From Raja brachyura (taxonomy: Eukaryota): a stretch of DNA of 64,000 bases. The notes beneath the pieces are model-generated. The model did no database searches and was not told the DNA's origin. It saw only the letters and a list, made by a program, of their open reading frames with translations. The position numbers were made by a program, and so were the translations under genes. Every line of letters starts with the position of its first letter. Positions within the stretch are counted from its first letter, which is position 1. This document shows positions 1 through 12,725 of this stretch, one piece after another. The DNA is taken from the NCBI GenBank assembly GCA_963514005.1, contig OY740791.1:52018001-52082000 (forward strand), read 5' to 3'.

Positions 1-1892
1 CCCCAGGGCTGGCAAATGACAGTCAATGGTGTATTGTGTAAAGATAGGTGCAAACACTACTGAGTGTGACACTATTGAATGTACAGACATCAAGAGCGTT
101 TGTGTTAGTTTTGTATACAAATATGCAACTGCAGATACTGGTTTACAAAGGAAAGAGATAAAATACTGGAGTAACTCAGTGTGTCAGGCAGCACTCCTGG
201 AGAACAAGGATAGTTTCGAGTTGGGACCCTAAAGACTGGTTTCGTATATATTTTTTATTCTGAAATAAAGTTTATTTTTTAATATTAAAAAATGTGAGGT
301 TTGAAGTGTGCAAGGATTCTGCCTTTCCCCATATCACATTCAGGACCTGATGCAAAATTCTGAGAAATGGTCAAGGCTGCAAGAAGAGCTGTTTTGCAAT
401 AACCACAATGATTCGTCTCTTCTGAGCTCTGGGCTGTTTCTCTTCCTGATTTTTTTATCTCAACTAAATTTCACAATGTGTAAGTAAATATCAGAAGTGT
501 AAAGGACAAAGAAAACATCAAACCATCCCAAAACCTATTGAAAAATGCAAAAGAGAATCAGGGGTGAATTATTTGTCACTTTGAGCCTGTTTGATCATTC
601 AAAACAATCTCATATTCCAATTCTCTCCCGATAAATGTTGACACATTTTATGTCAAATAAATCTATCCCCTACTTAACAAGATTCAGTGACCTGTCATCC
701 ACCATTTTCTGTGGGGTGAATTTAAATGGCTCACCATATTCACAATGAAGAAGTTTCTCAGCCCTAAATGTCTCACCCCTTATCTTGAGTCCAAACCCCC
801 TTGTTCCAGATCCTATAGTCACTGGAAATATCCTTGTGTATCGAGTCTGTCTAGCTCTGCTTTGAATTTTGTTTAATTTAGAGCGGTCCTGATTAATTCT
901 TCCAAACTCCAGTGACTACTGGCTCAGTTAGCTCCTCCTCTCCTTACACATTATTCCTGCCATTCCAGGAATCGGTCTGGTCAGCCTTGGCTGCATTACC
1001 TCTGTAGCTGAAAAACCCTTTCTCCGGTAAGGAGAGCACAAAGACATGTCTGTTGAGACATGGGCCAGGCGCAGCCAATTGTGATGGAGTCAGATGGACA
1101 TCTTGGTCAGCATGTGTATGTTGGGTCGATGTGTCTATTTCCATGCTCAACAGCTCTATGACTCTCTGCTGCATCTGTGTATATTTGACAAGTAACTCAA
1201 CTGACTGAAATCGCCTGGAAACCTCTGCATCCTCTTTGCTTCTCCTATTTACTCTCAGTTGCATATCATCAAACTTAGAAACATTAAAATTGTTTCCTTG
1301 TCAATACCATTGATGAACATTGAAAATAATGGACTCAAGAACTGGCTTGATTCCGGATCATTCATCACCACCTGCCTCCCTAAAGAAGTCTCCTCGCTGT
1401 TTCCTGTCTGGCAAATAATTTTCAATTCATACCTGTTTAATATTGCCTAATCCACATATTTTAACATTCAAAGACCTTCTGAAAATCCGACACATCTACT
1501 TGTTCTCCCTGAAACAAACAAAAACAATCTGCTGGGGGGACTCAGTGGGTCAGGCAGCGCCCATCGAGGAAAATGTGCAGGTGACCCTGTGTATCTTCAG
1601 TTGCGAATGGCCATCTGTCCATTTACTTCCACAGACGATTCCTGATCAGCAAATTCCCTCCAGCAGTTTGCTCTTTGCTCGTGTTTCCAGCATCTGCAAA
1701 CTCTTGGGTCTCCACATCTTCTACCTTATCTATTCTACATGGTACATCCCAGTAATCTCTAATAGATTTGTTTGCCATGACTTCACTTACATAAATTCAA
1801 AAATACATTGTCTTATCACATAAATTATTGTTAAATATCCAAACACTGTTTTAGAACCCGGAAACACCAAACCAGGTTGGAGATTGAAATAT

Positions 1893-2868
1893 ATTCATCA
1901 ATGATTTGGGAGAAGGGATTCAAAGTAACATTAGCAAATTTGCAGATGACACAAAGCTGGGTGGCAGTGTGAACTGTGAGGAGGATGCTATGAGAATGCA
2001 TGGTGACTTGGACACGTTGGGGGAGTGGGCAGATGCATGACAGATGAAGTTTCATGTGGATAAATGTGAGGTTATCCACTTTGGTAGCAAAAACAGGAAG
2101 ACAGATTACTATCCAAATGGCATCAAGTTGGGAAAAGGGGCAGTACAACGGGATCTGGGGTCCTTGTACATCAGTATATGAAAGTTTGCATGCATGTACA
2201 GCAGGCAGTGAAGAAAGTGAATGGCATGTTGGCCTTTATTACAAGAGGAATCGAATATAGGAGCAAAGAGGTCCTTCTGCAGTTGTACAGAGCCCTAGTG
2301 AGACCACACCTGGAGTATTGTATGCAGTTTTGGTCCCCTAATTTGAGGAAGGAAATTCTTGCTATTGAGGGAGTGCAGCATAGGTTTACAAGGTTAACTC
2401 TCAGGATGGCAGGACTGTCATATGCTGAGAGAATGGAGCAGCTGGGCTTGTACACTGTGGAGTTTAGAAGGATGAGAGGAAATCGCATTGAAACATATAA
2501 GATTGTTGAAGGCTTGGACACACTAGGTGCAGGAAACATGTTCCCGATGTTGGGGGAGTCCAGAACCTGGGGCCACAGTTTAACAATAAGCAGTAAGCCA
2601 TTTAGAACAGAGATAAGGAAACACTTTTTCTCACAGAGAGTGGTGAGTCTGTGGAATTCTCTGCCTCAGAGGGCGGTGGAGGCAGGTTCTCTGGATGCTT
2701 TCAAGAGAGAGCTCGATAGGGCTCTTAAAAACAGCATAGTCAGGGGATATGGGGAGAAGGCAGGAACGGGGTACTGATTGGGGATGATCAGCCATGATCA
2801 CATTGAATGGCGGTGCTGGCTCGAAGGGCCAAATGGCCTACTCCTGCACCTATTGTCTATTGTCTATT
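1893..2868 (+). mobile_element. CR1 LINE, 5'-truncated
   Basis: [36 protein letters not shown]; (tattgtc)n tail; absent from the paralogous site at about 25188. Confidence 0.95.
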
Positions 2869-5512
2869 TTCATCCAGAAGGTAGAAAACAGGAAATGTAA
2901 TATGTCGAAAAGAATAAAGAGCAGTCATTTAGTTGAAACACGGCTACTTTAATTTTTAATCAGTACGTAGTAGCAAAAATATGAAAAAAACACAATTTTT
3001 GGTCGACACCAATAATGCTATAGGAGAAGACATTTAAAAATAAAATTTGATGAAGTACATCAATTTAGCAAACTACATTTTCAATCATTTAATCCCGCCA
3101 AATTAATCCACTTTAACGCAATGAAGAATAATGTCTGAGATTTACTGACCTTCTGCAGAGGGACTTGTGTGGAATTCCAGAGAAGCAGCAACGTGGCTTT
3201 GAGCCCAGCACACGACAAGCTGAGGTTCCCACACTCTGCACAGTAACTGACGCTGCCTCTTGTCAAACCAAAGGACACTTCCCCTCCAGCTCAGGTTTCC
3301 TGCACCACTGGGGTTGATCCAAATGGGTTAAAATATAGAATTATACAACAAATAAAGATACGGATGTTCAAAATGGGAATGTATTGAGATAAAAGACATT
3401 TCACCTGGACTTGAACTTACACCTATGCGGTTTTGATCATATCTGATGGATTTCTAATGGAAGAGATCCATGTGCTTTGCTGCGTTCGACTAAGTGTGTG
3501 AAGTAATGAGCAGCTGAGAAAGAGTACAAGCAGTCCAGGGAGGTCCTGCCATGGTGATGAAAAACTCACACTGCCACATCCATAAGGGGTTATGGTCATT
3601 AACATGCTGGCAATTCCATCGCACCCATTGGGACAAACTGAACCATTTCCAGAGAGGATTGGGGACACTGTGTGTGAGCACCTTCAACAAAAGGATTGTA
3701 GAACATCAAGAAGGCAGCTCACCGTCGCATTCTCCAAGGCAGTTAGTGAGGGATGATAAAATATTAATTATCTCCCACAATTTATTCCAATCACCGACAA
3801 TGACACTTGAGCTGCTCTGTCTGTTAGTTACTATCCTTATAATAAATGCATCCTCAGCACACATGCCCCGTGATCTGTTCTAAAAGTATTTTTTTTAATG
3901 GCATAAATAAAATTATATGGAATTACTTTTACTGTAAATGTAAAGCGTAAAAAGAGAGGTTGTTTCTGATAATAACATCAGTGTAAAAGAGGATGGATCT
4001 GTGTTAGGCCCTGTTTACACTTCGGCTGCAAAACTCAGCAAGTGCCCCACGGAGACATTTGCACCAGATAAGACAGGGGGTGATCCCAGTGTTTAAAATG
4101 TGAATGTGGCGGACAGTGTGGGTTGGAGGGGAAGATGAGATAAATTACGAAGAGAAAGATTCAGGAGCTGGGGAAAAATATCAAAACAGAGGGTGAACAG
4201 CAATAAAAATGAATTGTATTTCTCTGCAGAATTCACACAATATGGGGGAAATGAGTTGTTAACCCGGATTAAGGAAGGAGCCTGATTAGATTTATTGTCA
4301 CGATGAGGATGACACTAACTCCTGAGCTGATGATGAGCTGCACTTTGTGATTCCCTTCAAAATATTTGCTTATAAATGAATATTTTTGGATGTGGGCCTC
4401 AGTGCTCAGGCTTCGATTTTTAATCCATGGGGATGGGCACTTCCTTATTTCACCACTGAGGTGTTTAGTAAATGATATAAATGATAGGAGTAGGCCCCAC
4501 AAATAACGAAGGACCAGCAATGTATTTCCAAGTTATGATGGTGACTAACTGGGTCAATTTGTGCCACTCCGCTAACTAGACCAAGCAATTCTGGGTATGG
4601 ATTGTGCTTGCATATTGTGGATATATTTTCTAGCACCGATGCAGGCAGCAATGTAATGGGGATAGAGTTCGTGGATAGGGCCAGTGTACACCTGGAACCC
4701 AATGTATCTCTCGTGTCTATATCTCTCGGCTGTGAAGATCTTAGTGCAACTCTGTGAGGTTAGGCTTGGAGAACACCAAATGACATAGGGAAAAACTTGT
4801 GATTGTGAAAATGTTTGCTGAAGGTTCTACCTTGAGTGAAATTGAGAGCTCAGGAGAAAATTGCTCTCAATATTGGACTTACCTTGAAAAAATGTAGTAG
4901 CTTGATTATCACATGCAGATCATTTGTGACCTCCTAAGTCCAACCTCCACCATGATCTGATGCAATTGAATATTGGTTTGAGCTATCAGACCAGCTACAG
5001 CATGAACAGGCAAGAATATTCACTGTTCCCTTTATTACAAAACAAATGATTCTGTTTGTGCCATTATCATAGACATGTCAAGCATCACACAATCATTCGC
5101 TTGAACATGTGTTACAAGAAACAATTCTAGCTTCAGTTGTGAATAGCATTAATTATACTTGTCTTTCCCCAGGCTGGTTAGCACTCAGCAAAAGCTTTTC
5201 TCTTTACCTCAGAAACGTGACACTGAACAAAACTGAATTGAACTGGAAGGGACAGGATTTATTCCCAGAGGTTGTGAAGGTCTTGGTGCAAACTGTACGG
5301 TTTGATTTGGAGAACACTGAAAGTTGCAGAAGAAATTGGACGATCATGAGGATGGTGGCTGGTGGTTTATCTTGTGTGAAACTCAGGAGATAATTACACT
5401 CAATATTGGAATAACTGAGTAGGTACAGCATTTTTATTATCACATCTGCTCGTTTGTGTTCTCCTCAATCCAAAACTCACATTGTTTTAAACTGCCAAAC
5501 CACCCAAATCAC

Positions 5513-5810
5513 AGTGACACAGATGTTAAAGCTGCTGCCTCAGAGTGCCAGACCTCGGGTGCTCTCTGGGTGGAGATAGCACGCTCCCTGTGTCCACGTG
5601 GATTTCCTTCGGGTGCTCTGGTTTCCTACCACATCCCACGAATGAGCGGGGTTGTAGGTTTCTTGACCTCCATAAATTGCCTGGAGTGTGTAGGGAGTGG
5701 ACGGGACAGTGAGATAACAGAACTAGTGTGAACGGGAGATCAGTGGTCGGCGTGGACGGAGGTTTGAAGGGCCTATTTCCATGCTGTATCTCACAACAAA
5801 AGTAAATCAG
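5513..5810 (+). mobile_element. tRNA-derived SINE, paralog of 26092-26395
   Basis: Same element within the duplicated block, with the B-box region deleted. Confidence 0.65.
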
Positions 5811-6143
5811 AACCTCAAGATGCAAAAAAAAAGACATATAATCATCATTATAAAACAATAGATTCTTTCATTTCCCATTGCCGTTGACATTTGTTATCCT
5901 CCAATGACCTTTAGAAAAATGAGGTTCCATGTCTCAATGCATCCAATGCATGTTTAAGCTCAGTAAATTCCCATTTTGCTTTGCTGAAATTAGGTTTTAC
6001 AAGATGGTTTTTACGCTGACGCAAACGCTTTCAACAGAAGTGATGTCTGAACCCTGAGCAGGAGAGGGAGAGGAAGTTCCTGTACTTTACAAGTTAGTTA
6101 TTGCATTCGTCCTTTTGTTATTGTGCAGAATGGTAGCCCTGTC

Positions 6144-6806
6144 TAGCAATGTTACAAAATTTTGAGATTAAAAAATTCAAGTCTGCAATTTATCCCATCA
6201 GATAAAGCATAAAAAGAAGTTTAATTTGACACCTAATTCACTTTCATATCTTAAGTATTAAAACGGTTATGGCCATTTTCATACTCAGAAATTAGCATCT
6301 TGTTCCCTATTGCTTTTCCAATGACTTAACACAAAAGCTGTAATCAAGGACAGTCAAAAGAAATAACAGTCAGTTATTATAGATTGAAGCATTCTGAAAC
6401 AAATATGAAACAATCTTAATTGGATGACCTGAAATTAAAGCATATAATTAGTTAGTTACCTAATTGTAGCTAATTACACAATTCAATTACTAGATCTAAA
6501 CATCTATCCATTTCTTAAGAAAAGGTTAACATTTAAAAAAACACCCAAGTGTCCAAATAACATTCACACAATAATTCACAATATAACATGATTTTTAAAT
6601 CTCATTGTCATGAATTTATAGGCCAAATTGAAGAAATTTACTGTTTAATTCACGTAAATTAATGGCCATTTAAATCAACTTGCGAGTGGGTTTTTGTGGA
6701 ACGCGATGGATTGGAACATTGCGGTTTACGGTGAATTTAACCCCCATAATAGCAGAAAAAATACTGCCGGTTCGTATATTTTTTTAGTCACCTTTTTGCA
6801 ACATGA
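6144..6806. mobile_element. Truncated copy of the 62842-63875 DNA transposon
   Basis: Colinear similarity from TAGCAATGTTACAAAA; absent at the paralogous site near 26680. Confidence 0.85.
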
Positions 6807-8641
6807 AATTCCAAAAGTTCTCCCGAGTTTGCCCTGATTCGAACTCTGAGATTTACGGTAATGGCCACTGGTCGGTACTCGGGGCTCTCGTGGACATTTT
6901 CCTTCATGTTGAAAAATCTTCATGAGTCTTCCCGTGCTTAACTGCAATTAGCGAGTCTTCCCGAGTACGTGCCGTTAGCGCGAAGAGACTTCCCTGAGCT
7001 CCGGCGTACCCGCTACGTTCATTTTCCTTGCTTACCACGAGTTTGATTTTTTTAAACTCGGGAGAGCTCTTGGAATGAACTCGTACCGTGGGACAGAGGT
7101 TTGAGATTGGGGAACTCAGTGTGTCGCCGTGCTTAGAGTTTTGCTGCCCAGTCTCTGGACTCGTTCACCAGTCTCTTCCCACAAGGTAGGCGACCTCACT
7201 TCACTCTCACTACAGGTAACAGATTGGTTTAAATGGGATCTAGAAAGGGAACTCAGTGTTAAATAATTTCTAACGTGTGATATTTCACTCCTACAACCAT
7301 TTATTAGACTGTTACAGTCTGTTCTGCTTTCAAAATGCTGGAGTGACTCAGCGGGACAGACAGCATCTCTGGAGAGAAAGAATGGGTGACGTTTCGGGTC
7401 GAGACCCTTCTTCAGACCCAGACTTCTTCGACTCAAAACGTCACTAATTCCTTCTTCCCAGAGATGCTGCCTGTCCCGCCGAGTTACTTTTGTGTCTATA
7501 TTCGGTATGAAGCAGCATCTGCAGTTCCTTCCAACACAAAACTTTATCAATGTATTTTTGTCTCCATTGTTTCCACGAGAAACGTAATGAAGCTAAATAA
7601 CCAGCATCTGCCATTCTACCCATGTGGGCATTCCTATTTGTTGCCTGGTCAATCTAATGTATCCATGCCAATGTGGATTTTATTTTTCCCATTTCTCCAG
7701 CAATCCTCTGGGACTGTTTGAGGATGTTCAACGTCCTCACCATTCTGTTGCCTGCTCAATTAATTGACTGACTAATGAGGTACAAATGAATAAACACTAC
7801 TATACAGAGAAGCAGGAAGGAAGTGGGTCAAGAATTAAAATGTCGGCATACTGATGAGTCGTTTCAGTCAAGGCAAACTGACTGAATGTGGTTGTGAGAT
7901 CCCAGATTACAGCCGTGACAATATTCCAGCGGCAGATTCCACAGAGGAATGGTCCTTCCCCGTGTAATTGTGTGCGGTTAATTCTCAAATGGTCCGGGCC
8001 CAGAATTTTCTAAGTAGCTGTGCTCAATACAACACTTGCCAACTAGAAATTTACTGCAGCTTTTCCTTTGCAAATTATTTAGTGCCCTGTTCCGTTCAAG
8101 ATCACACGACGAACAAACATTCTGAAGCATGATTTGGTTTACTTGGGAGTAATCTGACGATAAGCAACTGAAAATGACTTTACAAATCATCATCACTTCA
8201 ATTGGTGACATTTGTTTTGGAGAAATGGAAGGTGGTTATGCGGGTTATTCTCAGAAGTTGTGAAGGTCTTGGTGCACTCTGTGAAGTTGGACTTCGAGAA
8301 CACTGCAAGATGCAGGAACAATTTGGATGCTAATGAAAATATTGACTAAATCCACTGTGGTCTGATACATTTGGAGATAGATTTCAACTGGCGGACCAGC
8401 TAAAGCTTTAACAAAGCTGAAGGCATGAATATTGACCGTGTTCCATTCGTTACAAAACAGCAGACACCCACGTTTTCCATTACCTTAGACATTTGCTACC
8501 CACTATTAGCATTTAATATAGGGAGGTTCCAAGTCTAAACTTATCCAATGTATTTGTGATCTCAGGAAATTCCCGATTTGGTTTGCCCAAATCAGCTTTT
8601 ACGAGATGACTTTTAATCTGATGCTAACATTATCAACACAA

Positions 8642-10065
8642 ATTCTGAGCTCTGGGCTGTTTCCTTCCTGTTTTTTATCTCAACTAAATTTCACAATGTG
8701 TAAATAAACATCAGAAGTGTGAAGGACAAAGAAAACATTAAACCATCCCAAAACCTATTGAAACATGCAAAAGAGAATTGGTGGTGGATTATTTGTCACT
8801 TTGAGCCTGTTCAATCATTCAAAACAATCTCATATTCCAATTCTCTCCCGATAAATCTTGATGCATATCATGTCAAATAAATTTATCCCGTACGTAACAA
8901 AATTCAGTGACCTGCCATCCACCATTTTCTGTAGGGTGAATTTCAATGGGTCACCATATTTACAATGAAGAAATTTCTCAGCGCTAAACGTTTCACCCCT
9001 TATCTTGAGTCCATAACCCCTTGTTCCAGATCCTGCAGTCACTGGAAATATCCTTATGTATAGAGTCTGTCTAGCTCTGCTTTGAATTTTGTTTAATTTC
9101 GAGAGGTCCTGTTTAAGTCTTCCAAACTCCAGTGACGACTGGCTCAGTTAGCTCCTCCTCTCCTTGCCAGTGATGGAAATGGGTGGGTACACAGGGGGAC
9201 GGCGATCCCTTACTTTTCAGTTTCCAGTTTCCATCCTGTGCGTGAATTCGCAGCTTTATCCTGCGCTACTTAATCCAAGGGCGAGCGAACGAGCCGAGAC
9301 GGAGGATCATAGAGGGGAATAGATGACATTTCGGGTCGAGACCCTTCTTCAGACTGAGTCAGGGGAAGGGGGAACAAGAGATGTAGATGGTGCTAAGGAC
9401 AAATGAATGGAAGATATGCCTATATATCCTGTTTCCATTCCCCTTGACTGTAAGTCTGAAGAAGGGTTTTGACCCGAAATAGCATCTATTCCGCAAGGGA
9501 GGATGACACAAGGGAGGAATATCAAAATGATCACCTGCAGCTGAGGGAAAAAAAGATGACTTGTGCGTGAAGAAGCCATGACCAAAGCAAAGATACTAGA
9601 GCGGAGACGGAAGCTGGTTATGGAAATGGTGCTGAAGATTACCCATGACCCTACTACAGCTTTTTCATTGAATGCACTATCTTGCTCCGCTATTGGATCT
9701 TTGGTTTCCAGTCTCCATGAGATGGAGAGTGTGGAGGAAAGTGGCGCTGGAAGGGCAGTCCCTGTCTTTCACCAGCTCATTGGAACTTTTCCCAATTCCA
9801 TAATGACTGTCTAAGAACTTGGCCCTCATCAGACCTGGCGTCTCTCCGCCGTAAACGGAGTTCACCTCCTGGACGCTCAACTCGTAGCCCACCCGCTCCT
9901 TCCTGAAGCGGATATCAAACAGCTGGTGGGACTGTGGAGGATCGTGAATCCCAATCAAAGTAGCGAACGTAGTTGTTTACAATCGTATCTTGGTCCACGT
10001 GGCTCGAACTGGAGGTGGCCGTATGTTTGAAACATCTGGCGAGGTCTCAGTGAGGCGTAGTTGGA
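8642..10065 (+). repeat. Segmental duplication block, paralogous to 21061-22785 (first part also at 421-945)
   Basis: Three copies of ctgggctgttt...ctcagttagctc; two extend through the AOC fragment. Confidence 0.9.
9690..10062 (-). pseudogene. Copper amine oxidase (AOC1/AOC3 family) exon fragment, copy 1
   Basis: NYASLRPR...LQFEPRGPRY, then frameshifted LFDIRFRKERVGYELSVQEVNSVYGGETPGLMRAKFLDSHYGIG...DCPSSATFL. This matches AOC ERIAYEVSVQEA..YGG...KYLD...DCP..ATFL. No NYDY topaquinone motif seen. Confidence 0.9.
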
Positions 10066-10489
10066 ATCTGAATCCGTCCTTTGGATTTCTCTCGCTCTCT
10101 CACTCCCTCTCTCTCACCCTCTCGCCTCGGCATTCCTGGAATCATTTGCCGTTTTGCAGGGACGGCTGCATCTGCGGTCCTTCCTGTTGGGGGTAGGGGG
10201 GGTGGGGGGGGGGGGACCCTATATGCTCGGGACTATTTTTTACTCGTGGACATTTTTCATCAGGCTAGAAAAAACGTTCCGACTTACCTGATGCCCCGAG
10301 TACCTACGGCTGGCATAACGAGCCTCCACGATATATCCACGGACTCCTACGGACTCATTAAGAACATTCTGCGAGTTTGAAAACTCGGGAGAATTCGTGA
10401 ATAACTCGGGAACGTGGGACAGGCCACTAAGTGCTTTCTCTTCGCCGGTCACAATCACCTTGCATTACGTTATCATTGTCCGTGTAAAC

Positions 10490-10755
10490 CCGCACCCATT
10501 GTCAATCTCGGTTTCCTCTCCACGTACTTGAATGCACTGCTGCCTCACAAATCCACGCCATCCTTGCTGGAGCTCAATTTCTGAGCCCATCCCATCAGCT
10601 CCCCCTCCTTCTCCTGCACCGACACGGTCCTTATCAAAGTCAGAAATGGCCTCCTGTGAGCTTGTTGCAGAGTTAAACTCTCCTTCCCCATCCCGCTCAG
10701 CCTCTGCAGCCTTTGACACGGTTGTTCACACCAACCTCCACCAACTCCTCCAGGC
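10490..10755 (+). mobile_element. Old L2-like LINE RT remnant (paralogous copy)
   Basis: SAAFDTVVH and TDTVLIKV motifs. Confidence 0.65.
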
Positions 10756-11446
10756 CGGGTTAGTCCAGACAGACATCTCTTCACAAACTGAGTCTTCCTC
10801 GCCAGGTTTTCCAAAGATGATCAAAACTGTCTGGAATTAATTTAAGTTAAAAATGGGGTGCAGAAAATGTGGTTTAAATGTTAATTCTTCAATGTTCGTA
10901 TTTGCAACAGGAAATAGAAGTCGAACGTATTTCTTGGATAATGGAGACGACATTGTGTTAAACGGACCGGACAATCCTGAGAAAGACACTGTTGTTGTCT
11001 GGGAATGGAAACCACACTCGGGGAAGGAAATCGAAAAATTGACGACATTTGGAAGAACGAGGGACAAAGGATAAAAGAGAAGGCCTCTGGCGAGAGTAAC
11101 GTGGACTTATATCTGGAGGTGAATGTGAATCCCTTTACCCTTCATGTGACAATTTATAAACCCACATTTAAATGGGCGGGATTTTTCACTTTGGCACAAA
11201 CAGAACCGCGAAAGCAAATCCTGAAACAATATGAAATATTTGGGATCAAAGGTGAGTGGGTGCAATAAGGATCAATAATATTTAATTTATCTTTGTAAAT
11301 ATTGTCACCCATAATGATGAGAGATGGCGGGAATTGTAAGACTTCGTCCACCCGGTGAAAAGAGAATCTCTCAGTAAAACAACTGGGGAAGTGTTATTTT
11401 CATTGATTCTGTAATGATCCGCAGGAGTGAAAATAGTTTGATGACC

Positions 11447-12465
11447 ACCCCAAAGTGCAAATGCTCAGCATAGGAGCACCGCAAGGCTGCGTACTCTCTC
11501 CTCTCCTCCACTCTCTCTCTACACCAGCGACTGCACCTCCACAGACACCTCTGTCAATCTTCTCAAGTTTGGGGACGACACAACCCTGATTGGACTGATC
11601 CAGACTGGGGAGGAGTCTGCCTACAGACAGGAAGTGTCACAGCTGGCATCCTGGTGCCCTCGCAACAACCTAGAGCTCAATGCTCTTAAGACAGTGGAAT
11701 TGATTGTAGACTTTAGGAGAGCTCCCCCTCCCCTCACCCCACTCACCATCAACAACACCACCATCACATCTGTAGAGTCTTTTAAGTTCCTGGGAACCAT
11801 CATCTCCAAGGACCTTAAGTGGGGGGCTACCATCGACTCCACAGTCAAAAAGGCACAACAGAGGATGTACTTCCTACGGCAGCTGAGGAAGCACAATCTG
11901 CCAAAGGCAATGATGGTCCAATTCTACACGGCCATCATAGAGTCTGTTCTCACCTCCTCCATCATGGTCTGGTTTGGCTCTGCCACCAAGCACGACCCCT
12001 GGAGGCTGCAGCGAATCGTCCAATCAGCAGAGAAGGTTATTGGCTGCAATCATCCCTCCATTGATGAACTGCACACTGCAAGGGCAAGGAAGTGAGCGGG
12101 CAAGATCACCTATGACCCCTCTCACCCTGGCCACAAACTCTTTGAACCACTTCCCTCTGGAAGGCGACTCCGGACTGTCAAAGCTGCCACAGCCAGACAT
12201 AAAAACAGTTTTTATCCACGAGTAGTTGCTCTACTCAACAACCAAAAATCTGTAGCCTCCATTTGTTCTGGTATCTTGTTAGTTCACATGCTTGATCAAT
12301 GGTGTTTTATCATTAATGTTTTATTATTATTAATGTTTAGTGTTTTCTGAGTCATTCATAACTGTCACTCTATGTCATGTTGTTACTTGTAGGGAGAGCA
12401 CCAAGGCAAATTCCTTGTATGTGAATACTTGGTCAATAAACGTACTTGCTTACATACTTACTTGT
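11447..12465 (+). mobile_element. Rex1/Babar-like LINE 3' fragment
   Basis: [44 protein letters not shown]; (tact)n-like tail; absent from intact gene intron 2. Confidence 0.9.
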
Positions 12466-12725
12466 ACCATGGTCTTCTCGCCAACACATGGTAAGGTGAT
12501 TGCGGCTCGGTGGTATGAAACCAATGTCTACGTGCAGTGGCTCCTGGGTGAGCATGTTTAAATACAACAACAACAATGCCGGTTCCAACAGCTGTCCCAC
12601 GGTGAACGGCCGGCATTTCCTTGCGTCAATGTGACCAACCACGTGTGTCAGGAGTCTGAGAGCACTGGGGGAGAGTTTGTACTGATATTCAGCCAGGCTG
12701 TCAGCTTTAAGCCCGGTTATTGGAA

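Larger units (their letters stand above)
832..8640 (+). repeat. Segmental duplication block, paralogous to 24134-28365
   Basis: Colinear matches, e.g. 832-1892/24134-25188, 4402-4692/25535-25826, 5258-6130/25835-26680, 7100-8640/26680-28365. Confidence 0.9.

Noticed and set aside
9563-9814. Duplicated + strand ORF MREEAMTKAK... (also 22282-22533)
   Set aside because: Largely the antisense shadow of the amine oxidase fragment; its conservation reflects recent duplication
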